Below the pieces are notes generated by a model. The model was given only the letters and a program-made list of their open reading frames with translations, did not search any database and was not told the DNA's origin. A program made the translations under genes and the position numbers. This document shows, piece by piece, positions 28,286 through 41,956 of a stretch of DNA of 64,000 bases. The DNA lies in contig NC_068981.1 in NCBI RefSeq assembly GCF_001194135.2, positions 167,483,679 through 167,547,678 on the forward strand. The letters are read 5' to 3'. Source of the stretch: Octopus bimaculoides (Eukaryota). Numbering within the stretch: position 1 is the first letter of the stretch; each line of letters starts with the position of its first letter.

Positions 28286-28750
28286 ACTAAAGAGAAGATC
28301 AAGTATATAGTACTTCAGAAAAAAATGACCATTCCCAAATACAATAATATCTGTTTCAACAAATGTTTTCACATCAGGAATCTTGCAAAACAAATACATA
28401 AACGTAATTAAAAATGCTGATGTGATAAAATTGGTTTGAAAAGAAACAGACATAATTCGAAAAAAAAAAAAAAATTGTTCGACAAAACAACGAGTTGGAA
28501 CTATAGATGTCAAAAACAAGTGGGAGTGAAAATTTACTATGGAGGAAGGATAAAAGGGAAATGTTCAATAGTGCATATAGCAGCCATGAGCAAACTGCAT
28601 GCAACCCGCGGGAATATATGACTGGCAAGGCTAATGAAAATTTACCTTGAATTTTTTTTTAATAGAGCAGCCCACCATATGGTGTTGAGCCATATCTCAT
28701 GCAGCACGCTTCTGGAAAAAAGGTTCTGCATGCGTGGTGCATATACGCCA

Positions 28751-28877
<127 letters not shown>

Positions 28878-29092
28878 ATACACACTCGTGCACACACACA
28901 AATGCCATATTCCAGAGATACTTCCTACAAAATTTATCAACTTTTAGATTTTTTAGAAAATGTTTTGCAGAATAATTTTTGTTTTAGTTTCAGTTCATTT
29001 TCTCGAATTCACTTATCTGTTCGTTTCCACTCTTCCTTTCTCTCTTTCTACTCGCCAACATTCTTTGTATCTATAAACCGAGATGCTTCTAG

Positions 29093-29145
<53 letters not shown>

Positions 29146-29263
29146 CTCTCTCTCTCTTTCTCTCTCTCTCTCTATAAATTAATGTGTGTGTGTGTGAGTG
29201 TAAGCGAGTGTATGTGTGAGTGTGTGTGTGTGTGTGTGTGTGAGTGAGTGCGTGTGTGGGTGA

Positions 29264-29301
<38 letters not shown>

Positions 29302-29593
29302 ATCAGTATACTTCAACTTTTCACAAGAAAATGGATGTAGATTTCGTAAATGAGTGTGGACAATTTTCCATTTTCCCATTGTCTCCACCTTTCCGCTTCT
29401 ATTCTGCAGAGTACACCGAATTTATTGGACTGTTCTAATTAGACATTTCCCCTTCTTTGCAGAGGTAAAGAGTTATTTTGAGTATCAGCGGGCCTGATGA
29501 ATGTATTAATGCATGAAATAGGCTGCAGTCTTCATATATACCGCGTCAACCAACAACTGATGCTATAAACATATACGCGCATATATCAATGTA

Positions 29594-29634
<41 letters not shown>

Positions 29635-30857
29635 NNNNNNNNNNNNNNNNNNNNNNNNNNNNNNNNNNNNNNNNNNNNNNNNNNNNNNNNNNNNNNNNNN
29701 NNNNNNNNNNNNNNNNNNNNNNNNNNNNNNNNNNNNNNNNNNNNNNNNNNNNNNNNNNNNNNNNNNNNNNNNNNNNNNNNNNNNNNNNNNNNNNNNNNNN
29801 NNNNNNNNNNNNNNNNNNNNNNNNNNNNNNNNNNNNNNNNNNNNNNNNNNNNNNNNNNNNNNNNNNNNNNNNNNNNNNNNNNNNNNNNNNNNNNNNNNNN
29901 NNNNNNNNNNNNNNNNNNNNNNNNNNNNNNNNNNNNNNNNNNNNNNNNNNNNNNNNNNNNNNNNNNNNNNNNNNNNNNNNNNNNNNNNNNNNNNNNNNNN
30001 NNNNNNNNNNNNNNNNNNNNNNNNNNNNNNNNNNNNNNNNNNNNNNNNNNNNNNNNNNNNNNNNNNNNNNNNNNNNNNNNNNNNNNNNNNNNNNNNNNNN
30101 NNNNNNNNNNNNNNNNNNNNNNNNNNNNNNNNNNNNNNNNNNNNNNNNNNNNNNNNNNNNNNNNNNNNNNNNNNNNNNNNNNNNNNNNNNNNNNNNNNNN
30201 NNNNNNNNNNNNNNNNNNNNNNNNNNNNNNNNNNNNNNNNNNNNNNNNNNNNNNNNNNNNNNNNNNNNNNNNNNNNNNNNNNNNNNNNNNNNNNNNNNNN
30301 NNNNNNNNNNNNNNNNNNNNNNNNNNNNNNNNNNNNNNNNNNNNNNNNNNNNNNNNNNNNNNNNNNNNNNNNNNNNNNNNNNNNNNNNNNNNNNNNNNNN
30401 NNNNNNNNNNNNNNNNNNNNNNNNNNNNNNNNNNNNNNNNNNNNNNNNNNNNNNNNNNNNNNNNNNNNNNNNNNNNNNNNNNNNNNNNNNNNNNNNNNNN
30501 NNNNNNNNNNNNNNNNNNNNNNNNNNNNNNNNNNNNNNNNNNNNNNNNNNNNNNNNNNNNNNNNNNNNNNNNNNNNNNNNNNNNNNNNNNNNNNNNNNNN
30601 NNNNNNNNNNNNNNNNNNNNNNNNNNTATATATATATATATATAAAAATATATATATATCTCGATATCACTAACATTTTGGCAGACACTATTCCATCCTT
30701 GACATTAAAATGTTTCAGTGTGTGAAGTAAATGAATCCTGTGTGTAATTGAAAAATGTTCGATCGATAAAATGCTGAACGAAAGATTTGTATTTATTTAT
30801 TTATTTATTCATTTATTTATTTTCTTATTTTTCAAACACTCTCCTTCTTTGACAGCT

Positions 30858-30895
<38 letters not shown>

Positions 30896-31228
30896 ACACA
30901 CAGACACACACACACAGATACACACACGCACACTCACACACTCATATGTGTATGTATGTTTATATATATGTGTGGCTGTGTGTATTCATCCATGTATATA
31001 CACACACGCAGTGACATATATATTTATATGTATACATATGCTTATATATATATATATATCGTATATATATATACTTATATATATATCGTTTGTTTGCATA
31101 TATGTATGCATGGGTATATATATNNNNNNNNNNNNNNNNNNNNNNNNNNNNNNNNNNNNNNNNNNNNNNNNNNNNNNNNNNNNNNNNNNNNNNNNNNNNN
31201 NNNNNNNNNNNNNNNNNNNNNNNNNNNN

Positions 31229-31259
<31 letters not shown>

Positions 31260-31777
31260 TTTATATATATACGCATATATATACATATGCATGTATGTGA
31301 AAGCAGATCCGCTAGACACTTGCAATATTTAGAATTTTATTTCAGATAAACAACACCAGTAACAGCAGCAGCAGCAGCAATAACAACAACAACAATAACA
31401 TCATCGGCAATAACAAACAGCAGGGATAACCACACACACGTACACTCCAAAAAGACAAACAAAAAACAAAAGGTACAAAACAAATACTAACAACAAAAGA
31501 GAAGCAGCAACAATTAGAGCAACAACAACGACAGCAAGTACGATAATTCAATAACAAAATCAACTGCTGCAGCATTAATTTACGATATGGAAATAGATAC
31601 ATCAGACGGTGTCTAAGTTTTAGTTAGGTTAGGTTTGTATTTGTATGGATGCGCGCGTGTGTTTGCGTGCGTGGGTGCATGTGTGTATATGTGTTCCTCT
31701 GTGTATGTGTTCCTCTGTGTGTGTGTTTATGCTTATATTTGCATATATGTATAGGAATATGCATGTATGTGCATATC

Positions 31778-31936
31778 GGCGCAGGAGCGGCTCTGTGGTA
31801 AGAGGCTTGTTTCCCAACCACATGGTTTCGGGTTCAGTTCCTGTGCGTGGCACCTTGGGTGTCTCCTACTATTGCCTCGGACCGACCAAACCCCTGGGAG
31901 TGGATTTGGTAGACGCAAACTGAAAGAAGCCCGTCG

Positions 31937-31989
<53 letters not shown>

Positions 31990-32170
31990 ATCGCTTGACA
32001 ACCAATGCTGGTGTATTTAGTCCCCGTAGTTTAGCGGTTCGGCAAAACGGACCGATAGAATTAGTACTAGGCTTACAATGAATAAGTCCTGGGGTCGATT
32101 CGTTCGACTAAAGGCAGTGTTCCATCAAGGCCGCAGTCAAATGACTGAAACAAATAAAAGAGTAAAAGAA
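31778..32170 (+). mobile_element. Full-length family-R SINE (OR/CORE-like) with internal (TATC)n
   Basis: Head GGCGCAGGAGCGGCTCTGTGGTAAG...GGGTTCAGTTCC, CORE-like CACCTTGGG...CTATTGCCTC, tail GCAGTCAAATGACTGAAACAAATAAAAGA. Confidence 0.85.
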
Positions 32171-32192
32171 TGGTTGTATACATACATACATA

Positions 32193-32236
<44 letters not shown>

Positions 32237-33023
32237 TGTGTATATATGTATATTCATACAAGTATATATAAATATACATATATGTATATTCATACAAGTA
32301 TATATGAATATACATATATGTATCTATATGTACGTATATATTATTATAAAATCTGGTAATTAGTCATATATTAATTAATATCGATTAATTATCAGGAGGC
32401 CAGCACATGTAAAGAATCAAAGAGATTCAGAAATATTATCTTCAATCTCAGGGGATTAAGGTACATTTTAAAAAAATAACNNNNNNNNNNNNNNNNNNNN
32501 NNNNNNNNNNNNNNNNNNNNNNNNNNNNNNNNNNNNNNNNNNNNNNNNNNNNNNNNNNNNNNNNNNNNNNNNNNNNNNNNNNNNNNNNNNNNNNNNNNNN
32601 NNNNNNNNNNNNNNNNNNNNNNNNNNNNNNNNNNNNNNNNNNNNNNNNNNNNNNNNNNNNNNNNNNNNNNNNNNNNNNNNNNNNNNNNNNNNNNNNNNNN
32701 NNNNNNNNNNNNNNNNNNNNNNNNNNNNNNNNNNNNNNNNNNNNNNNNNNNNNNNNNNNNNNNNNNNNNNNNNNNNNNNNNNNNNNNNNNNNNNNNNNNN
32801 NNNNNNNNNNNNNNNNNNNNNNNNNNNNNNNNNNNNNNNNNNNNNNNNNNNNNNNNNNNNNNNNNNNNNNNNNNNNNNNNNNNNNNNNNNNNNNNNNNNN
32901 NNNNNNNNNNNNNNNNNNNNNNNNNNNNNNNNNNNNNNNNNNNNNNNNNNNNNNNNNNNNNNNNNNNNNNNNNNNNNNNNNNNNNNNNNNNNNNNNNNNN
33001 NNNNNNNNNNNNNNNNNNNNNNN

Positions 33024-33087
<64 letters not shown>

Positions 33088-33762
33088 TGTATAAATGAAT
33101 GTATGCCTGGATGTTTTTGTATTTTTATGTACGTGTTAGAAATGTAGTTGTATTCGCATGCACGTATATTTTTTGTCTTTGAATCCATGCTTCAGGACTG
33201 ATAAACAACACTGGATCGATTCCAGTTACATTTACTTCTTTCAGCACCCCTCCCCCTACAGAATATTCAACTGCCTTGTTTTATTTTTAATATAAAATTC
33301 TAAGGAAGCGTTCTGCGAAGCGCCCATTGCTCTTGCAGGCTTACTCGGATAACCGAAGTCGATATGGTTAATTCCTGCATCTCGATCACTGGATATTGTT
33401 ATTTTATATGACAATGGGTGCAAGATGTGGATGCAGTTCAAGAAAGAGCAAATTTCGGGTGAAGATAGACTGAGCGATACATTTATTACAAGTAGAATTG
33501 TAGTGAGACACAATAATGTGAAGAAAAGACTGGTCAATGGGGGTAATGTGAGCATTAATAGGACATAATTTACTAATTCAGGAGAAGCAGGACTCAAGGT
33601 CTCGCATAACTGTGAAAAGAGAAGCAGGTGGAGAATAAAGCGTATCAACAGTGTTCTCTAGTAGCGTAGTATTGTGAGATATTGCTTATTAGGATCAGTG
33701 CCACACTACTGAAAGACAAATGTTTGCAAATTTGTACGAAGTGGTTTCTTTAGTTGATAACA

Positions 33763-34085
33763 GAGGCGCAATGTGAGTGTTTATTGAGCGAAAACACCTA
33801 AAGCTCCACGAGACTCCGGCAGGGGATGGTGGCGAACCCTACTGTACTCTTTCACCACAACTTTCTCTCACTCTTACTTCCTGTTTCAGTTGTGCCTGTA
33901 ATTCAAAGGGTCAGCCTTGTCACACTGTGTCACACTGAATATCCCCGAGAACTACGTCAAGGGTACACGTGTCTGTGGAGTGCTCAGCCACTTGTACGTT
34001 CATTTCACGAGCAGGCTGTTCCGTTGATCGGATCAACTGGAACCCTCGACGTCGTAAGCGACGGAGTGCCAACAACAACAACAAT
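33763..34085 (+). mobile_element. Ceph-like SINE with apparently deleted head and RTE-type stem-loop tail
   Basis: GAGGCGCAA joined to TGTGAGTGTTTATTGAGCGAAAACACC; tail CGTCGTAAGCGACGGAGTGCC(AAC)n. Confidence 0.8.
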
Positions 34086-34704
34086 AAGATGTCACAGAGA
34101 TGCCTGAAGCCCGAGAAATACAAGTTGCCAAAGTCTGGTAGAAGGTTAATACACCACTTACAAAAAAAAAAAAAAAATGGAAACAACTTGCTTCACTCGA
34201 TCGGGAGATGGTCTGCCACTACAAACATGCAAGTACATTTTAATCAACCTAGTTAGCCAGGAATGCATTATGTATGCAAATCGGCTTGTCCGACTTACTT
34301 ATGTTCTTGGTCATTTTAGTTTTATGAACAGTTTCCATGGAAAGTTAAAGGTACTTCGTGGTTGATGAGATCCCAATACAGAGTTGAAACTCATCTAGCT
34401 GATCACTATTTTTCTGCCCACAAAGACACTGTACGTACAGACAATGTGTATGCCTCTCTCTATGCATACAGTGTTGGATAAAATTTATATACTCTGTAAC
34501 ACAGTACAGTATTAAACAGACTATCTTTCTATATGACATTTAACGAGTCTCCTGTTATTTTTCAAATGTTGCTTACAAATTTATTCTGTCGAATACACAC
34601 ATACACGCATCTACACGTATATACGTACATGCACATCCTCCCTCTCACACACGCGTATATATATATATATATATATATATTGAAAATCATTCATTTATCG
34701 CCAT

Positions 34705-36185
34705 TGATCAAAATTTCGTGCCACCTGGTTCTTTTCTGACGGCTGAAAACATATCCGTGACCTTTATGCGCCTTATACTTTTGGTCTGTTTATATTTAAT
34801 AGATCAGTCTTAGTTCATGTCTGTTTTATGGTTCTCTAGGTAGATTTTATTATCGGAATTTATCACAGATTATTTTAGTGTATCAAAGAGATAGATTAAG
34901 ATATGCTATTTCCTCGTTTATGTAAGGGTTGCTATATCCGTATGCTGACCATTCAATAATGAAACGATTCACATATAAGTCTTTCACTCGCCATAGATAT
35001 TTTTGGCAAAGTTCTGGGAATTATTTTCCGTCATACTACATAATGAACATGTGTTTGAAGAACGGTGTTCAAAGCTGCCTTCACACCTTCCGATGTAACT
35101 TTTCGCCATTTTTACATTGTCTACTCGAGATGTTATTTTATTTATATACTCAGCTGCTTTGTTTAATCATCTTCTGAAAATGTAAAGTTTTCTTTGCTTT
35201 TGCAACTGAAGTTTTGTTTGTTTCCATTGTATTGCGTAGCTCATCGGAGTTTGCTCGTCATGATATAACTGACTTATTTTGTGTAGCTGTAATTTGATCT
35301 TCTTACTAAATAGCTTACGGTACTTTTGGTTGGCAAGTTCTTTATCCCCGATAAGAAGTTCTGAGCTACATTAAGCTTTACATTTTTATTGAAAGGTAGA
35401 TTGAATTAAAGTATGTACGCATTTTTCGATTCTCCGAGCTGTCGCTCGTTACAAGGTAAGAAGTTTAACTTATTTTAAAATCAGTTTCATACAAACGTAT
35501 TAGTGCAACTGTTGGAAGCTTCTTAAACGTTTCCTATCTGAGGATGTGTTTGATATGCTACGCCTTTTAGTAAAAATAATTTTTAAACTATAATGTGATA
35601 GGGGGTATTAGAAACAACATTTTTATGTTTTTGTTACTCATTCGTCTTCTTTATCGTTGGTGTTTATCGGTGACTATGTGTACTGTATGATAAGAAATTA
35701 ACTCTGATAAAGTTGGTCGTAACTACAATTTTTAGGACAAACTATTTAGTAGGCATTATTAAATTTTTCATATATCTGTCTAGGACAACAACATTTTGGA
35801 TTGTGTAAATCGGTAAGATCAACATCTCGGAATAGTTATGTATCTAGATCTTTGAATTCATTTCGTTGCGTATCTAAGATACAAGCCTGCCAGCTCATAT
35901 AATCTTTATCTGTCATAGTTCTTCATGCTGATATTAAATAAGAAACATCGACAATTTCCCAAGTGGTGAGCTGTCGAAAATAAAACATAGCAAAGATGTT
36001 AGTTCTCTCAACTCGACATTTTGATATTCTATCCACGAATTACTAAAATTGTGCTCACTAATGCATGGGAGTTCGAAAGAAAAAATTACAGCAGCATCAC
36101 TCACAACGCTATCAGCATTACACTGCGTCTTAGAAAGCCCCTACTCTTCAATAATAGCCCCAGACTGGTGAAAAACCATAAGGGT
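34705..36185 (-). pseudogene. Decayed Penelope-like element (RT plus C-terminal GIY-YIG), 5' block 35948-36185 inverted
   Basis: Minus: FNISMKNYD..YELAGLY (35879-35899), LFRDVDL (35815-35835), PFNKNVKLNVAQNFL, KSYIGRCEGSF (35071-35103), KYLWRVKD (34979-35002); plus: [10 protein letters not shown]...[13 protein letters not shown]. Confidence 0.75.
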
Positions 36186-36201
36186 TATAAATATGAGCAG
36201 G

Positions 36202-36329
<128 letters not shown>

Positions 36330-36979
36330 GTATGCGCATTGAATATATATGTACGTATGTATACACATACATAGTACGTATATATTCAATGCGTTTCGTG
36401 TAATATATAGTCAAAGACAAGACAATTTCATAAGGAAGTGAGAACATTTTTGAAATATGACTTTTGTAAGATGGATAAGAACCGTTTCATTTGATCATGG
36501 CTGTGTTGGTCACTTCAGTAATGGCCCAAGGGTTGCTGGACATAATAATATTAATGAAATTAAATTTAAAAAACTGTTTAAAGTTGATTTATGAAATGAC
36601 TCTCATCACTTGCGATGTCGAGGCTTTTTTGTTTGTCCAGATTCAAGATCTTATATTTAAGGGAAGAAATGAAAAATGTGATGCTCATATCTTTCTCAAA
36701 TGTATAAGCAGTATATGAGAAAGAAAATGATATATGATGTGGCTCATCATTTGAAAAATAGTTTTCGTCCTAATTATGTAGCAGATTAACAGGATCAGTA
36801 CAGTACCAGATAAAATGTTATACGGTAATTGTTCCGGCTCTCTACATTGTTTGTTCAAACCCTGCCAATGTTATCTCAGCCTTTTATCCGTCCGAGGTCT
36901 ATTAAATAAAGTACCAATGAAGTACTAAAGTTGATGTAATCGACTAATTCCCTTCTTTCAATATTGCTGGCTTTGAAAG

Positions 36980-37190
36980 ATGACGAGCTAGCAGAATCGT
37001 TAGCGCGCCGAGAAAAATGCTAAGCGGCACTTCACCTGTCTTTACTTTCAGAGTTCAAAATCCGTCGAGGTCGACTTTCCCTAAGTACCAGTTGAGCACC
37101 GAAATAGATGTAATCGACTTAAATCCTCCACCAAAATTGCTGGTCTTGTGCCAAGATTTGAAACCAATATTGCTGGCTTTGTGCCGAAAT
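36980..37190 (+). mobile_element. Family-M SINE with partial deletion; further degenerate copies at about 36800-36975, 38270-38480, 38540-38690, 38720-38900
   Basis: GACGAGCTAGCAGAATCGTTAGC...GAGTTCAAAATCCGTCGAGGTCGACTTT. Confidence 0.7.
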
Positions 37191-38959
37191 TAGGAATTAT
37201 TTTCATTGTATAAAAATTCACTATATACTTAAGAGATGAGAAAAGAACGATTTGACGTTTATGCTTTTGCCAAGCACTGAGGTAAAATGGCTTCAATCGA
37301 CTCTTATAGAAACAAATGTTATAATTTGAGGATGCTGGGACTTTACGTCTACCGGATTTGACATATTTTAAATATGTATGAAATAAGAAATATATTCAAC
37401 TGTATTTTAGTTTTTACCTTTCCCAACAGCCTTCTTCCGATGTAAAGCGAAATAATAGTGCACAAAGCAAAGCTAAAATATTGCACGAACTAATTCTAGG
37501 TAAATTAAGAATGTTTCGTGCTAGTCACGAACAGCCGATTCTATAATATATGACTTCTGTTATTTTGAACAGTTATCTTCTTTTTACATTTAGTTTTATT
37601 TTTTTTACACTTCCACTGTGTTTGATATCTTGATTCAATACATTTGTTTGATGGTAAGTTGAAATGAATAGATTTTTTTTACGAGGTTCCTAGTAAAACA
37701 TTTATTTTGCCAACTGTAACATGAAATACATAAAATATTGTCTGTTTAATACATAAAATATTGTCTGTGTACATTTATATTTATATGTTCTGAGGTAATT
37801 TTCATAACTTTATTTCACTAATTCAATCTTAATGTTTTCTTTACTTTGTCTCGTCGACTGTTCAAATTCTTCTCTTCTTTTTTATTTTCTATTAATTTCA
37901 CATTTCCTTAGATACAAAAATTAAAAAAGGAAAAGATGTTAATTAGAAGCTACGTGGTGAAGTATGAAGTCATGTTTCCATTATCGCAGCATGAGAAATT
38001 AGAAACGCGAGGTTGTTGCACCTTTTTTAGACATCACGCGACAATTATACTAATTATTTCTGCATCAAAATCCAAGTTTCTAAAATTAAAGCAACTGCAT
38101 TTGAAGATTAGAAGTTTGTAGTTGGCCGAATTGACAGGTTGACATACTGTTCTCCAAGAAATTCAATATTGGTATCTCGTTACCAATGCTGTACTGCGTC
38201 TATGGTTGCTCTCAATAACTCAGCCATCTTTGATAGATTTTTAATTTCATTATTTAGTCCGGAAAGAAAGGCGAAGCGTTGGTTGAATTGTTACGGCGGC
38301 AGAGAAAATAACGGCATTTCACCTGTTTTTGCGTTTTGGGTTCAATTCCATTGAGATCGACTTTACCTTTTATCTTCTGGGGCTGATACAATAAGTACCA
38401 GTTGATCTCTGGTGTCGATGTAATCGACTCGCCCCTTCTCCCAAAATTTCAGGCCCTGTATTTCTAGTAAAACGAATTATTTAGTTCCGAAAGAGATCTA
38501 TAGATTCGAAAAATTTTTAGGACATGGAGAATTGTTTCAAAATTCTTTGCGGTATTTAGTTGCAGCTCTCTACATTCTGAGTTCAAATCTCGGCAAAGTC
38601 AACTTCGCCTTTCACGGTTAAGAAAATAAAGTATCAATCAAATACTGGAGTTTATATTGTCTATTGTTAACCCCTCAATATTTCTGGTCTTATGCCCTTA
38701 TACAAATTTAATTATTCCGTTTAGAAAGAAGCGGTGGATTAGCAGAATCGTTAAAACACCGGTCAAAATATCACGTGGCATTTTTACCGGCTCTTTACGT
38801 TTTAAGTTTAATTCCCGCGGAAGCTTTGCTTTTATCCTTTTGGGGTCCATAAAATAAACACCCTCAGGTACTGGAGTCAATTTAATCGACTAAACTCTCC
38901 TCCAAATCTGTAGTTGATTGTCTATCAAATAAACTATCATTTAGTTCCAAGGAGCAGAG

Positions 38960-39250
38960 GAATATGTTTCACACCCGCTGCCAAATCAGTAACAGCCGTG
39001 GGGAGATAGTTTTATTTCAAGGGAACATGAGCAAAAAGGGAGTTTCGAGGAAGGGTTAAATATAGAGATTAGTTTGGATTTTGGAGGAGAGATACAGTTG
39101 GAATGACAGAACAAATACAGGACGTAAGTTGGCACACTATTCGTTAATTCAGAAGAGAGGAGAGGTGGAAGTAGACCATTCGTCAGTTTAAAGAAGCAAA
39201 AGCCATTGAAGTCGCAGAAGTGACAAATGGTGGATAAAGTACGTTAAGAT
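38960..39250 (-). pseudogene. CR1/L2-group LINE 3' remnant
   Basis: DFNGFCFFKLTNGLLPP (compare YYNGxCSxELxxLVPP) and FPRNS. Confidence 0.4.
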
Positions 39251-39277
39251 ACAAGCGGTTATAGCTGCACATGGGTG

Positions 39278-39392
<115 letters not shown>

Positions 39393-39659
39393 CTATAGAG
39401 TAGGGTAGATTGTTGCCCCTGTTTTTTTTAAGGTTGAAAAGATTATTTCAAAACTCATTTTGTGTATTACTTGAAGAGGTCTCCACTTTCTTCGCTCTTG
39501 TTGAGCTACACAAAAGTTATGTCATCTAGTCGTGCTCTATATTGAAGCCTTTTCAAAAGTATAGAAGTACATACGTACTTCTGTTATATATACTTTTAAC
39601 AACCATATATTATATTATAATATATTACACACACACGCACGCACGTAAACACATACACA

Positions 39660-39716
<57 letters not shown>

Positions 39717-40262
39717 GTATATATATATGCATGTATGTATATATACATGTACATATATAAATATATTTATATATATATGTCTGTGTGTGTTTTTGTGTGT
39801 ATATGTGTGTGTGTGTATGTGTGTTTGTGTGTATTCGTACAACCGTTGATAGATATTTTATCGATAATAACATTACTGGATGGTTGAATTCGTCTCGGTT
39901 GGCCGTGCGTCTATTAATCATAAATGAATGCATGGGTGGCCAAATCGATTCCATACTGAACGACTAGTTGAAATACCAGCAGTCCATACACAACTTTATG
40001 TCGTTGACCAAGGCATGTATCTCTCCATCACCGACTTTACTTAATTCGAAATAGGGAATACAAAATGATACAGACCACCGCTAAATGCAAACTCAAGTGA
40101 TCCTTTCGTGCGCAATGTCAAGTTTAACCAGCCCAAATCAAAGAGTGATGAATGACCATTATATCCAGGGACATTAGATTTCTTTCTTTCGTCTACTAAA
40201 CGCTATGAAAATTTCAACGATTCTCTAAATCCAGGTAGGGGTAACTTGTATTTTAACTATTA

Positions 40263-40724
40263 TCCTTTACTTGTTTCCATCAGTGGACTGTGGCCATGCT
40301 GGGACACCGCCTTGAAGGGTTTAGTCGAACAAATTGCCCTCGGTACATAAATGTTTTGTAAAGGGTGGTACTTACTCTATCGCCCTCTTTTGTTGGACCG
40401 TTAAACTATGGGCATGTAAACAAACCAGCAGCAGTTGTCAAACGATGGCAGTGTTAGGTGACACAATTACAAAATTACAAACACAAAGACATAAATACTA
40501 ACACAAACACACACACACGCACACACACACACATACACACACATACACTTACACATATACGACTGGATTCTTCACTGTTCCTATCTACCAAATTCACTCA
40601 CAGGGTATTGGTCTAACCGGATTATAGTAGAAGATACTTGCTCAAAGTGCCACGCAGTGGGACTGAACCCAAAGTCACATGGAGGCAAAATGAACTTTTT
40701 AACCACATAACCATGCCCACGCCT
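40263..40724 (-). mobile_element. Family-R SINE, diverged, with internal (CA)n
   Basis: Tail TTTACTTGTTTC...GGCCATGCTGGG.CACCGCC; head GTGCCACGCAGTGGGACTGAACCC...AACCACATAACCATGCCCACGCC. Confidence 0.78.
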
Positions 40725-41387
40725 ATATCTTACATTATTTTTTGGATGGGATGTAAGAGGGCTGAAGAATAATAAATGGAATCTGCGCAGTATATTACTG
40801 CTATTCATTCATTTGAGCTAGACGAAATGTTATATCTATCAACAACACTTCTACGGAAGTTAGATATACCTTTACCTTTGGCAATTGAATCATTAGTCTA
40901 CCGAAGAACGTATATATCGATCTTTCCACACCATTTCGTCATTTGTACCAAGTGTCAATATATTTAAAGTTCGTAACTTTTGATAAGTTTGTATGAAGCC
41001 GTGAGGGAGACATAAGTATTAATTGATGTTTACTCGTTCGATACATTCGCTGTATTAATATTGACAGAACTATATATATATATATATATATNNNNNNNNN
41101 NNNNNNNNNNNNNNNNNNNNNNNNNNNNNNNNNNNNNNNNNNNNNNNNNNNNNNNNNNNNNNNNNNNNNNNNNNNNNNNNNNNNNNNNNNNNNNNNNNNN
41201 NNNNNNNNNNNNNNNNNNNNNNNNNNNNNNNNNNNNNNNNNNNNNNNNNNNNNNNNNNNNNNNNNNNNNNNNNNNNNNNNNNNNNNNNNNNNNNNNNNNN
41301 NNNNNNNNNNNNNNNNNNNNNNNNNNNNNNNNNNNNNNNNNNNNNNNNNNNNNNNNNNNNNNNNNNNNNNNNNNNNNNNNNNNNNNN

Positions 41388-41418
<31 letters not shown>

Positions 41419-41520
41419 ATATGTATGTATATATTAATGTTTGTTTTTATGCCAAGTTATAAAATCAAGTTAACATTCAACTGGAGGATTACTCAATACC
41501 ATACCATTTAGCTTAGTAAT

Positions 41521-41637
41521 AAACTTTTACAAGAGTTGTAACAGTGACAGCGATGTTTCGGCTTGATAGCCCTCATCAGAAGTGTCTGATGAAGTCTAGT
41601 ACGTTTCGAAGTCACAGTCACCTCTCTTGTAAAAATT
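41521..41637. mobile_element. Miniature palindrome with a hammerhead-like core in the left arm (minus strand)
   Basis: Arms AAA.TTTTACAAGAG...GTGAC...C.TCATCAGA around loop AGTG; minus 41579-41552 CUGAUGA-G-GGCU-AUCA-AGCC-GAAA-CAUC. Confidence 0.6.
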
Positions 41638-41913
41638 TGATATATACTTGCATGCGTGTGTGTGTATGTGTGTTTGTGTTTGTATGGATATAAATGTATG
41701 CCAAATCACCAAAGTTCGTTCAGTATGTTGGCACTTAATTAGATGAGAGCACATCCACGAAACTGTACGCCACCGAGTCACTGCGGCTACTCGGGTAAGA
41801 AAAATAATGTATTAAACGCTCTCGTTTATAAAACTAAATTTATAAGTACGCATACATAGATACACACATACAAATTTACATCTAACATACACATCAGTCA
41901 TATCCCTTGCATA

Positions 41914-41956
<43 letters not shown>

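Noticed and set aside
28578-28738. Possible small hAT-type MITE (also 61571-61732)
   Set aside because: Termini are too degraded to show TIRs or an 8-bp TSD
33256-33648. 130-aa hydrophobic minus-strand ORF
   Set aside because: No family match; another minus frame has only faint LINE endonuclease-like fragments (LYSPP, IIVSHYN), too weak to call
35413-35812. Apparent in-phase mini-exons (MYAFFDSPSCRSLQ / GQQHFGLCKS)
   Set aside because: They lie antisense within the Penelope-like remnant, which explains the sequence better
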